Program-made: the position numbers and the translations under genes | Shown: positions 1 through 8,799 of the stretch, piece by piece | How positions within the stretch are numbered: position 1 is the first letter of the stretch | Layout of the letters: each line of letters begins with the position of its first letter | NCBI GenBank assembly: GCA_963976765.1 | Contig: CAXBME010000034.1 | Location: forward strand, 62,001-87,946 | DNA length: 25,946 nt | Reading direction: 5' to 3' | Source of the DNA: an uncultured Planctomycetaceae bacterium | Lineage (GTDB): Bacteria > Planctomycetota > Planctomycetia > Planctomycetales > Planctomycetaceae | Notes under the pieces: model-generated | Told to the model about the DNA's origin: nothing | What the model saw: the letters and a program-made list of their open reading frames with translations, nothing else | Databases searched by the model: none

Positions 1-1620
1 ACCCCGGGGCACGAACAATACACTCGTAACATGGCAACGGGAGCGAGTTCTGCAGATCTCGCGGTCATTCTGATTGACGCTCGGCATGGGGTGATGACTC
101 AGACCAAACGGCACAGTTTTATCGTGTCTTTGCTCGGCATTCGGCATGTCATCATCGCCATCAACAAGATGGACCTTGTTGATTTTGATGAAGCCACCTA
201 CGACAAGATCTGCGCCGACTACAGTGCATTCTCTCGACGTCTTGATCTGCCGGATCTCTACTTTATCCCATTGTCTGCGCTCAATGGCGATAACGTTGTG
301 GACCGCAGTGAAAATATGCCCTGGTACAACGGCGGAACGCTGATGAACCGGCTCGAATCCGTCTACATCGGTTCCGACAGAAATCTGCAGGACTTTCGGA
401 TGCCCGTCCAATGGGTCAACCGGCCTGATCTGGACTTCCGCGGCTTCTGCGGCACCATCGCTTCCGGAATCATCCGCAAGGGCGATGAAGTAATGGTCAT
501 GCCCAGCAAGAAGACGACTCATGTCAAAGAGATCGTCACTTTTGACGGCAACATGGACGAAGCCTATGCACCGCTTGCGGTCACTCTGACTTTCGAAGAC
601 GAAGTTGATGCCAGCCGAGGCGACATGATCGTGAAGCCCGGCAACGTTCCAGCAACATCTGACACCGTTGAAGCAATGCTGGTCTGGATGGCTGAAGAGC
701 CAATGGTCCCCGGCAAAACCTACATCGTGAAGCACTCGACTCAATTGATTACCGGTTCCATCGAATCTCTGCGTTACCGAATCGACGTGAACACGTTGCA
801 CAGCAGCCCTGCGCCACAACTGAATTTGAATGAGATCGGTCGCTGCCGGCTTTGCCTGAACGAAACCATCTGCTTCGATTCATACAAAAACAATCGCTCC
901 ACAGGCGCACTGATTCTCATTGATCGGATCACGAATGCGACCGTGGCTGCGGCGATGATCCTGGATCGAAGTTCCGGCGGGAAGAGGCTGGCAGCGTGGG
1001 AAGAGGAGATTGCCGTTGAAGAAGATGCTCAAGAAGCTGACGTCCTCAACGTCGTCACTCCCGAAGAACGCGAATCCCGCTATGGACAGAAACCAGTTAC
1101 CGTATTGCTGACAGGTCTGACAAGCAGTGGTAAGACAACGATCGCTCAGGCGGTTGAACGTAAGTTATTTGATAGCGGGCGAGCGGTCACCGTCCTTGAT
1201 GGACAGCAGGTTCGCCGAGGGCTCAGCAAAGATCTTGGCTTCAGCTTCGAAGAGCGATCAGAGAACCTGCGCCGATCGGCCCATCTTGCCAACATTCTGA
1301 ACGACGCTGGCATCATCTGCATTGCCGCGTTTGTGGCCCCGAACGCAACGGTTCGCGACAAAGTGGCCGGAGTGATTGGTACCGACAGATTCCTGACAGT
1401 TCACGTCGACGCCCCTGTTGAATTGTGTCGCCAACGCGATTCTCGCGGGCAGTACGCTGAGGCCGATGCAGGCAGGTTGACAGAATTTTCTGGAGACACT
1501 GCCCCCTACGAAGTTCCGGAATCGCCTGACCTGGTGCTGAAGACTGGTGAGCAGTCGGTTGAAGAATGTGCAAACGCTGTCATCGCACTACTGACGTCAA
1601 AAGGCTTCCTGCGATCCTGA
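1..1620 (+). CDS. cysNC: Bifunctional sulfate adenylyltransferase subunit 1 / adenylyl-sulfate kinase, 5'-truncated by the window edge
   Basis: The frame is open from base 1 (TPGHEQYTRNMATGAS, GTPase switch region). It has the NKMD G4 motif and SAL..GDN. The C-terminal APS-kinase domain has P-loop GLTSSGKTT, DLGFS..RSENLRR and PYEVPESPDL. Confidence 0.96.
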   Translation, partial: TPGHEQYTRNMATGASSADLAVILIDARHGVMTQTKRHSFIVSLLGIRHVIIAINKMDLVDFDEATYDKICADYSAFSRRLDLPDLYFIPLSALNGDNVVDRSENMPWYNGGTLMNRLESVYIGSDRNLQDFRMPVQWVNRPDLDFRGFCGTIASGIIRKGDEVMVMPSKKTTHVKEIVTFDGNMDEAYAPLAVTLTFEDEVDASRGDMIVKPGNVPATSDTVEAMLVWMAEEPMVPGKTYIVKHSTQLITGSIESLRYRIDVNTLHSSPAPQLNLNEIGRCRLCLNETICFDSYKNNRSTGALILIDRITNATVAAAMILDRSSGGKRLAAWEEEIAVEEDAQEADVLNVVTPEERESRYGQKPVTVLLTGLTSSGKTTIAQAVERKLFDSGRAVTVLDGQQVRRGLSKDLGFSFEERSENLRRSAHLANILNDAGIICIAAFVAPNATVRDKVAGVIGTDRFLTVHVDAPVELCRQRDSRGQYAEADAGRLTEFSGDTAPYEVPESPDLVLKTGEQSVEECANAVIALLTSKGFLRS

Positions 1621-1726
1621 CGCGAGGCGACGAGTCGATTTCGCCGCGATGCTGGAAAGCCAGGCAGCCTTCCACACGCGGCTTCAATTGAGTCTCACGA
1701 GTTCGAGTCTCACAAACGAAAATGAG

Positions 1727-1764
1727 AAACGGCACGAACTGGACATCCAGCTCGTGCCGTTTTT
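1727..1764 (+). terminator. Intrinsic terminator hairpin after cysNC, possibly bidirectional
   Basis: The inverted repeat AAACGGCACGAaCTGGA-CA-TCCAGcTCGTGCCGTTT is followed by more T residues and lies between convergent genes. Confidence 0.7.
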
Positions 1765-1941
1765 GTGTGGGAATTCTGCTGTTACCGACCCTCCGACGAG
1801 TTCGTGAATTTCCAGATCGTCGGGCGTGGCTTGTCGAAAAAATCACAGTCTCTCTGAGTGAGGATTCGACGTATCGTGGACAAGAGCCAGCTCACCGTGC
1901 GGAAAGGCCGCTCAAACAGCGTCGCGAAAGTTCTACAGTTG

Positions 1942-2274
1942 TCACAGATGTTGCGTTTCAGAGTGCAGGTGACGCCACGCTTCGGCAACCAGCGTTTCGT
2001 CCGTCAAACATCGGACGATTGAGGCGTCCCGCGAAACGTTGGAATCATCGACGGGGGCCAGATAGGCCGCGAGTTCTGATGGTTCGAACAATGTCTGGAC
2101 GCGAGCGGCGAACTGAGGAAGCTCACTGCGGAAGTTGTCGTCCTTTCCGGCGGCCTCGATGAAGTCGAGAAACTTTTCGCCAATGAGATAGTTCAGCGCC
2201 TGCTGAGTACCGAATGCGTTGCGAATTCCCGTCGTGGCGTCGCACTGTTCCGTCCACATTCTGTGCAGTTCCAT
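1942..2274 (-). CDS. Small conserved-looking hypothetical protein (110 aa)
   Basis: The sequence is protein-like and amphipathic (W.EQC.A..GI...FG...AL.YLIGEKFLDF.EAA..D..FR.ELP.F). It resembles a hypothetical family recalled from planctomycetes and is the most plausible ORF in this gap. Confidence 0.65.
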   Translation of the reverse strand: MELHRMWTEQCDATTGIRNAFGTQQALNYLIGEKFLDFIEAAGKDDNFRSELPQFAARVQTLFEPSELAAYLAPVDDSNVSRDASIVRCLTDETLVAEAWRHLHSETQHL

Positions 2275-2474
2275 CTGGCAGTGTCTTTCGATTATGAATC
2301 TGAGCTTGTCGAAGTTCTCGTGCAGAGTGTCACGGTGATGGTAAGGGCCATTCAGGAATTGTTACCGAAGGACGGACGTCGAGATGACCGCCTGCTGTCG
2401 TCCTGCCCGGTCAGATTGTGCATAATGGCGACCAGAAACTCGTTCGCAAAGTAAAAGACGATAAGGTCCAACGA

Positions 2475-5372
2475 ATGTCACACAGACATGGCCATTACGA
2501 ATTAGATTCGTGGTGCTGCCTGCCTCTCTGCCTGCCTCTCTGGCTGCGTTTTGTTCTTGTGGCGGCTGTTGTTTGTGCGGTCGCGTCCGACGACGTTGCT
2601 CTGGCCGATGATCAGCCTGATGTTTCTGTCGCTGGGCGACCGAGCAAAGAATCAGTCCACGTCGAATTCTTCGAGAAGGACGTGCGACCGCTGCTGGTTA
2701 AATATTGCTACGAATGTCACTCGGAGGGCGATGTTGATGGCGGGTTGAATCTTGACTCGAAGGTGGGCGTTGCGAGAGGCGGCGACAGCGGGCCGGTGGT
2801 TGTCGCCGGAGAGCCTGACAAGAGTCTGATGATTGAGGCTGTCCGGTATCAGAATCGCGATCTGCAAATGCCGCCGAAAGGGCGAATGTCCGACGCCGAG
2901 ATTGCGATTCTCGAAAAGTGGGTTCGCCTGGGAGTTCCCGATTCACGCACTGAAAGTCAGCCGGGCACGGTTCGACCAACGGGAATGTCGATCGAAGAAG
3001 GTCGCGGGTTCTGGTCGTTCAAGCCGGTTGCCAATCCAGAAGTGCCTGTTGTCGAAAATGCCGGCTGGGTTCAGACTCCGATCGACGCCTTTGTTCTGGC
3101 GAAGCTCGAAGAACACCATACGCGGCCTGCCGAGCGAGCTGACAAACGAACGCTCATCCGCCGAGTGACCTTTGACCTGATCGGCTTGCCGCCGACTCCG
3201 GATGAAATCGCGGCGTTTCTGGCGGACGAGTCGGCAGATGCTTTCGAAAAAGTTGTCGAGCGATTGATGGAGTCACCCCAGTACGGAGTTCGCTGGGGTC
3301 GGCATTGGCTCGATGTCGCGAGGTATGCTGATTCGAACGGGTTGGATGAAAACCTCGCGTTCGGCAATGCCTGGCGTTACCGCGACTATGTGGTCGACTC
3401 GTTCAACAATGACAAACCGTTCGACCGGTTTCTCATTGAACAGCTCGCCGGGGATCTTGTGCCGGGAGCGAATCGAGAAACCAGAACGGCGACGGGGTTT
3501 CTGGTGCTCGGCGCGAAAGTTCTGGCCGAGCCGGACAAAGAGAAACTCCTCATGGACACGATCGACGAGCAGCTCGACACCGTCGGCAAAGCGTTTCTGG
3601 GAATGACCATCGGCTGCGTGCGGTGTCACGATCACAAGTTCGACCCGCTCAAACAAACTGACTACTACGCGCTGGCGGCCATCTTCAAGAGTACCAGCAC
3701 GTTTGGCGACACGCAGACCGGTGTGATCAAGCACTGGCACGAATACTCGTTTGCCACGGAAGAGGAACTGGCTGAGCTGAAAAAGATCGACGCGGAGCTG
3801 GCAGAACTCAACAGCGCCGCTTCTTCGTTCAAGAATAAAGTCACTACAAAGCTGAGAGATGACGCTCGGGCGAAAGCCGCCGAGTACCTGATGGCAGCGG
3901 CAGATTTTTCTCCGGATGCATCGCTGACCGAAGTAGCGGCTATCGCGGAACCGCTGGGGCTGCACCCGAGGATTCTGCACCACTGCCGTCTCCACATGCA
4001 GTACCACGCGGACGATCCCGTCTTTGCGAAGTGGCACGAATGGAAAAATACGGCGGGAGTCGCCGCCGACGAAGCGGCGAAGCAGATCGAGACTTATTAC
4101 CGACTGCTGTTCGAGAAAGTTGAAGCGGCACTGGCTGAGGCTCGAAAGAAAGATGCCAAAGCGACGACGATTGACGACGAAACTCTGGAGCCAGCGCGAG
4201 CTGCGTTGTACGACCTGTCTGGTTTTCTGGCAGTCCCTCCGAAACCTGAGTTCGCCTTTGACGACGAGACGCTCGCCGAATACTACCGGCTGATGGAAAA
4301 GGCTCGTCTGGCCGAAAGTGACGCTCCGGATGAACCGTCCGTCATGGGCGTTGCTGACGGAACCGTACTGACAAGCCTGCCGATTCACATTCGCGGCAGT
4401 CATCGCAATTTTGGCGAACCTGTCGCGCGCGAGTTTCCCGAAGTCATGCGTACGTCGACCGTGAGGCCGATTCTGCCAAAGAATCGCAGCGGTCGCCTGG
4501 AGCTGGCTCAGTGGATGGCCAGCACGCAGCACCCACTGACAGCTCGCGTTTTTGTGAATCGTGTCTGGCGATGGCATTTCGGAACCGGCATCGTCAGCTC
4601 GACTGAGAACTTCGGCAGGCTTGGAGATCGACCGTCGCATCCGGAACTGCTGGACTGGCTGGCTCGACGCTTTATGGAAGGCGGCTGGTCGACGAAGGAA
4701 CTGCACCGGTTGATTCTGACGTCGAACGTTTATCAGATGGCGTCGTCGAATTCTGATCACACGCTCGCCGAAGCGGATCCGGAAAACCGACTGCTGTGGA
4801 AGTTCCGACTTCAACGATTGGAAGCCGAGCAGATTCGCGATTCCATTCTCGCCGTGTCCGGTCGGCTGAACACGGAACTCGGCGGCAAAACCATCCCTCT
4901 GCGGAACCGGCAGTTCGTCTTTAATCACACATCCGTCGATCACACAAAATACGACAGCCTCAGACGATCGCTTTATCTGCCGGTGATTCGAAACAACGTT
5001 TACTCGCTGTTCAGCCAGTTCGATTTTCCTGATCCGACAATGCCGACCGGAAGCCGCAACGCAACGATCGTCGCTCCTCAGGCTTTGCTGATGATGAACT
5101 CCGACCTGGTCATGGACTCAGCCGATCATCTGGCCGCGTTGCTGATGAGTGAATCGCTCGATAACTCTCGAAGGATCAACGTTGCTTACGAACGGGCATT
5201 CGGAAGGCTCCCCTCGCCATCAGAATCCAAACGCTCGCTGGCATTTATTTCCGAACTGACGTCAGCCGCCCTGGCCGATGCGGCAAGTGTTGACGCCAAC
5301 GCTGAACAAAGTGCGTGGTCGATTTTCTGCCAGAGCCTGTTTGCAAGTAACGAATTCATCTATCTGAGGTAG
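2475..5372 (+). CDS. PSD1 and planctomycete cytochrome c domain protein (PSCyt1 + DUF1549 + DUF1553)
   Basis: It has an N-terminal hydrophobic signal, heme motifs CYECH and CVRCHDHKFDP, and the family motifs RR.TFDLIGLPPT, WGRHWLDVARYADS, HPLTARVFVNRVW, PSHPELLDWLA, RLEAEQIRDS and terminal SNEFIYL. ATG 2475 is chosen because TAAGGT lies upstream; the ORF is open from 2418. Confidence 0.93.
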   Translation: MSHRHGHYELDSWCCLPLCLPLWLRFVLVAAVVCAVASDDVALADDQPDVSVAGRPSKESVHVEFFEKDVRPLLVKYCYECHSEGDVDGGLNLDSKVGVARGGDSGPVVVAGEPDKSLMIEAVRYQNRDLQMPPKGRMSDAEIAILEKWVRLGVPDSRTESQPGTVRPTGMSIEEGRGFWSFKPVANPEVPVVENAGWVQTPIDAFVLAKLEEHHTRPAERADKRTLIRRVTFDLIGLPPTPDEIAAFLADESADAFEKVVERLMESPQYGVRWGRHWLDVARYADSNGLDENLAFGNAWRYRDYVVDSFNNDKPFDRFLIEQLAGDLVPGANRETRTATGFLVLGAKVLAEPDKEKLLMDTIDEQLDTVGKAFLGMTIGCVRCHDHKFDPLKQTDYYALAAIFKSTSTFGDTQTGVIKHWHEYSFATEEELAELKKIDAELAELNSAASSFKNKVTTKLRDDARAKAAEYLMAAADFSPDASLTEVAAIAEPLGLHPRILHHCRLHMQYHADDPVFAKWHEWKNTAGVAADEAAKQIETYYRLLFEKVEAALAEARKKDAKATTIDDETLEPARAALYDLSGFLAVPPKPEFAFDDETLAEYYRLMEKARLAESDAPDEPSVMGVADGTVLTSLPIHIRGSHRNFGEPVAREFPEVMRTSTVRPILPKNRSGRLELAQWMASTQHPLTARVFVNRVWRWHFGTGIVSSTENFGRLGDRPSHPELLDWLARRFMEGGWSTKELHRLILTSNVYQMASSNSDHTLAEADPENRLLWKFRLQRLEAEQIRDSILAVSGRLNTELGGKTIPLRNRQFVFNHTSVDHTKYDSLRRSLYLPVIRNNVYSLFSQFDFPDPTMPTGSRNATIVAPQALLMMNSDLVMDSADHLAALLMSESLDNSRRINVAYERAFGRLPSPSESKRSLAFISELTSAALADAASVDANAEQSAWSIFCQSLFASNEFIYLR
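2516..2539 (+). repeat. 12-bp in-frame tandem duplication (CTGCCTGCCTCT x2) in the signal-peptide region
   Basis: Read directly; it encodes CLPL-CLPL, and a degenerate third copy follows. Confidence 0.75.
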
Positions 5373-5374
5373 TC

Positions 5375-6838
5375 ATGGCTGAAATCACAACCTCGAAGCA
5401 CACGTCAGAGATCGATCAAACGTTGCTGTCAGAACGACGGCGTTTGCTCAAGAGTGCCGCCGTCGGATTCGGTCATCTGGCGTTCGGTGCTTTGCTCGCG
5501 CAGGATGCGGACGCCGCAGCCAATGAGAGTGCTAAGAGCAGCGACCCTCTGATACCGAAGCAGCCGCATCTTCCGGTTCGTGCAAAACGGATTGTCTTCC
5601 TGTTTATGAAAGGAGGACCATCGCATGTCGACACGTTCGATCCCAAGCCGCTGCTTGATCGTGACAGCGGAAAGCCACTGCCATTTGACCTTCCGCGAGT
5701 CACGTTTGCTAAACAAGGCAATCTCCTACGGTCGCCGTGGAAGTTTCGTCAGCACGGACAGAGTGGCCTTCCGGTCAGTGCTCTGTTTCCGAATGTCGCA
5801 AAGCATGTCGACGATCTTTGCATTTTGCGTTCAGTCCACGGAACAAATCCGGCTCACGGAGGCGCGTTGCTGAAACTGCATACCGGCTCCGACCAGTTCG
5901 TGCGGCCGAGCATGGGGTCGTGGCTGGTTTACGGCCTGGGCACCGAGAACCAGAACCTGCCGGCCTTTGTGACGATCTGCCCGACGCTGGCTCACGGCGG
6001 AGTTAACAACTGGGGGTCGGCATTTCTGCCCGCTCACTGCCAGGGAACGCCGATCGGAAACGCCAGCCTCGCGTCGTCGGCTGCTCAGGTGAAGCACATT
6101 CGGAACTCGCGACTGAGTTCCCGGCAGCAGAGAAAGCAGCTCGATCTTATCGCGGCGATGAATCGCGACCACTTACAGATCGCGGGAAACGATCAGGCAC
6201 TGGAAGGTCGGCTGAGTTCGTTCGAGCTGGCTTTCCGGATGCAATCGACAATGCCCGAAGTTCAGGATCTCTCTGAAGAAACGGACACCACTCAAAAACA
6301 GTACGGCATTGACGATCCGGTAACTCAGGACTTCGGTCGTCAGTGCCTGCTGGCTCGGAGGTTTCTGGAACGAGGCGTCCGATTTGTCCAGGTCACGCAC
6401 AGCGACAGTGAAGTTCAATGGGATCAGCACGGCAACCTTTACCAGGGCCACACGAAAAACGCTTCCGAAGTCGACAAGCCGATCGCCGGGTTTCTGCAGG
6501 ATTTGAAAGATCGCGACCTGCTGAAAGACACGCTCGTTCTGTGGGGTGGCGAGTTTGGTCGAACGCCGACCGCCCAGGGAAGCAATGGTCGAGACCACAA
6601 TCCGCACGGCTTCACCATGTGGATGGCCGGCGGCGGGACCAGAGGCGGGTATGCCTACGGAGCAACCGACGAATACGGCTACTACGCGGCCGAAGACAAG
6701 ATGCACGTCCACGATCTCCACGCGACGATTCTGCATCTGCTCGGTCTGGACCACGAACGGTTGACTTATCGCTATGCTGGCCGCGACTTCCGCCTGACCG
6801 ACGTCGCTGGCCACGTCGCCAAAGAAATCATGTCGTAG
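5375..6838 (+). CDS. DUF1501 domain protein with Tat-type signal
   Basis: It has a twin-arginine leader (SERRRLLK), AKRIVFLFMKGGPSHVDTFDPKP, WDQH, GEFGRTP, GRDHNP and HVHDLHATILHLLGLDH. It starts 2 nt after the PSD1 gene stop, the usual pairing. Confidence 0.95.
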   Translation: MAEITTSKHTSEIDQTLLSERRRLLKSAAVGFGHLAFGALLAQDADAAANESAKSSDPLIPKQPHLPVRAKRIVFLFMKGGPSHVDTFDPKPLLDRDSGKPLPFDLPRVTFAKQGNLLRSPWKFRQHGQSGLPVSALFPNVAKHVDDLCILRSVHGTNPAHGGALLKLHTGSDQFVRPSMGSWLVYGLGTENQNLPAFVTICPTLAHGGVNNWGSAFLPAHCQGTPIGNASLASSAAQVKHIRNSRLSSRQQRKQLDLIAAMNRDHLQIAGNDQALEGRLSSFELAFRMQSTMPEVQDLSEETDTTQKQYGIDDPVTQDFGRQCLLARRFLERGVRFVQVTHSDSEVQWDQHGNLYQGHTKNASEVDKPIAGFLQDLKDRDLLKDTLVLWGGEFGRTPTAQGSNGRDHNPHGFTMWMAGGGTRGGYAYGATDEYGYYAAEDKMHVHDLHATILHLLGLDHERLTYRYAGRDFRLTDVAGHVAKEIMS

Positions 6839-6978
6839 AGTGGGCGTCGCCCATAAGTTGGATCCAATTTGGTGAGCGATGCTCACCCTGCAGGTCTCCC
6901 TTTACCCTCAGCATTTTTCACCTCTTCGCCCTCGGCGTTCAAAAAGCCTGCATTGTCATTCACCCTTCGGCCTGCCCC

Positions 6979-8001
6979 ATGAAAATCCAAACGGTCGAAC
7001 AACTCGACGACGCACTCAGCCGGCCGCCCGAGTGGCTGGTGGAAAGGCTTTCAAAGATCAATGACGACATACTGGTTCTCGGCGTTGCCGGGAAGATGGG
7101 GCCGACTCTTGCCCGAATGGCGAAGCGCGCTTCGGACCAGGCTGGCGTTGCTCGGCGAGTGATCGGTGTCGCGCGTTTTTCGAATGACGCTGAACGTCAG
7201 AAGCTCGACGCCTGGGGCATCGAGACCATCAAAGCCAACCTGCTGGATGGGCAGGCGGTAGCAGCCCTGCCGGATGCTCCCAACATTGTTTTCATGGCCG
7301 GCATGAAATTTGGATCGACCGGCAATGAATCACTGACCTGGGCGATGAACTCCGTCGTGCCAGCGGTAGTCGCGAGTCGATATCGAGACAGCCGAATCGC
7401 CGTTTTCTCAACCGGTAACGTCTATGGCCTGGTGCCGGTGTCGAGTGGCGGCTCGGTCGAGACTGACTCTCTGAATCCAGCCGGCGAGTACGCCATGAGT
7501 TGCCTCGGACGCGAGCGAGTCTTCGAACACTTCAGCCGAACAAACGGCACGCCGATGTCCATCATTCGTCTGAACTACGCCTGTGAGTTGCGTTACGGAG
7601 TTCTCGTCGACCTGGCCACTCGAATAAAAAGCGGACAGTCGATCGACCTGACGATGGGATCGTTCAACGTCATCTGGCAGGGCGATGCCAATGCTCACGC
7701 GCTGGCCAGTCTGGTCGACGTCGCCAGCCCGCCGTTCGTCGTCAACGTCACCGGTTCTGAAATTCTCAGCGTTCGAACCATCAGTGAACAACTGGCCGAC
7801 CGCCTGAATCTGCCCGTCGAATTTGATGGCCAGGAATCGCCGACCGCGTTACTTAACGACGCCAGCGTTTCCCACGATCGCTACGGTCGACCTGAAGTTT
7901 CGATCTCACAACTGCTCGACGCTGTCGCCGACTGGGTAAACCGAGACGGAGAAAGTCTCGGCAAACCCACCGGCTTCGAAGTCCGCGACGGGAAGTTCTG
8001 A
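6979..8001 (+). CDS. NAD-dependent epimerase/dehydratase (extended SDR)
   Basis: It has Rossmann motif LVLGVAGKMG, FMAGMKFG, FSTGNVY, EYAMSCLGRER and RLNYA. The true start is ATG 6979; the upstream part of the 527-aa ORF overlaps DUF1501 and is not protein-like. Confidence 0.88.
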   Translation: MKIQTVEQLDDALSRPPEWLVERLSKINDDILVLGVAGKMGPTLARMAKRASDQAGVARRVIGVARFSNDAERQKLDAWGIETIKANLLDGQAVAALPDAPNIVFMAGMKFGSTGNESLTWAMNSVVPAVVASRYRDSRIAVFSTGNVYGLVPVSSGGSVETDSLNPAGEYAMSCLGRERVFEHFSRTNGTPMSIIRLNYACELRYGVLVDLATRIKSGQSIDLTMGSFNVIWQGDANAHALASLVDVASPPFVVNVTGSEILSVRTISEQLADRLNLPVEFDGQESPTALLNDASVSHDRYGRPEVSISQLLDAVADWVNRDGESLGKPTGFEVRDGKF

Positions 8002-8080
8002 CGGTCGAGCCTGCTGTTGAATCGGCCAGTGGCTCAAAATAATACTCAAACACAGTAATTATGTGGCGTTGCAGGTCACA

Positions 8081-8109
8081 TTGCCGAGTGAATCGGGCAG
8101 AACTATCAT
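8081..8109 (+). promoter_or_regulatory. Putative sigma70 promoter for ispF-cysS-ruvC
   Basis: TTGCCG-N17-TATCAT with AT-rich sequence upstream. Confidence 0.55.
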
Positions 8110-8120
8110 TCGCGACAACC

Positions 8121-8138
8121 CGCGGCACGGATGTCGCG
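8121..8138 (+). promoter_or_regulatory. CsrA/RsmA-type GGA hairpin in the ispF leader
   Basis: CGCGGC-ACGGAT-GTCGCG is a 6-bp stem with an ANGGAN hexaloop closed by C-G. Confidence 0.45.
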
Positions 8139-8223
8139 TCTCGAAGTGGCGGAGCTGATCATTAACGATCAGGAGCCGGACTTCGGGTGACTTCTTCGAG
8201 TTTCAACAGCTATTGCAATCAGG

Positions 8224-8724
8224 ATGAAACTCCCGCCGCTGCGAATTGGACACGGACACGACAGCCACCGGCTTGAAGCTGGTCGACCGCTGATTCTTGG
8301 TGGCGTGACCGTGCCGTTTGAAAAGGGCCTTGTCGGGCACAGCGACGCCGACGTCCTGCTGCACGCGGTGACGGACACATTGCTGGGGGCGCTCGCGCTG
8401 GGCGACATCGGCGACTGGTTTCCGAACACCGATTCACAATGGAAAGGTGCCGACTCCGCCGTCTTTTTGCGAGCTGCCGTTCAGGAAGTCGAGGAGCGGG
8501 GCTGGAAGATCGCGAATCTCGATTGCACCATCTTCGCAGAACGACCAAAACTGGCCCCTTGGAGGAAGCAGATTCAGGACAGCCTGGCAAAGCTGTTGGG
8601 TGTCTCAGCGAATCAGGTGAATCTCAAAGCCAAGACAGGCGAAAAAGTAGGACCAATTGGGCGTGGCGAGTCCATTTCCGCCGACGCTGTTGTCCTGCTT
8701 TATCGCGACGGAACATCCGAGTAG
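8224..8724 (+). CDS. ispF: 2-C-methyl-D-erythritol 2,4-cyclodiphosphate synthase
   Basis: RIGHGHDSH, GHSDADVLLHA, GDIGDWFP, NLDCTI and VNLKAKTGE. Confidence 0.97.
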   Translation: MKLPPLRIGHGHDSHRLEAGRPLILGGVTVPFEKGLVGHSDADVLLHAVTDTLLGALALGDIGDWFPNTDSQWKGADSAVFLRAAVQEVEERGWKIANLDCTIFAERPKLAPWRKQIQDSLAKLLGVSANQVNLKAKTGEKVGPIGRGESISADAVVLLYRDGTSE

Positions 8725-8799
8725 ACCTCGTACTGAAATTGTTACCTTGCAGAATTTCAATCGGCCTGCCTCTTCAACATTCAACACAACGATCTGACT

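Noticed and set aside
1722..2162. 146-aa plus-strand ORF
   Set aside because: It runs through a terminator hairpin, is Arg-rich and low in information, and overlaps a better minus-strand gene.
3273..4943. Long antisense ORFs (556 aa here; also 6173-6886, 14243-15025, 19398-20258, 24500-25738)
   Set aside because: They are shadow ORFs opposite well-supported genes in GC-rich DNA and carry no recognisable motifs.
6841..6870. Short palindromes TGGGCG-T-CGCCCA and TTGGATCCAA after DUF1501
   Set aside because: They are short, lack a usable loop or U-tract, and cannot be distinguished from chance.
6418..6978. N-terminal 187 aa of the 527-aa ORF
   Set aside because: It is an Arg-rich off-frame overlap with DUF1501; the SDR domain starts at ATG 6979.
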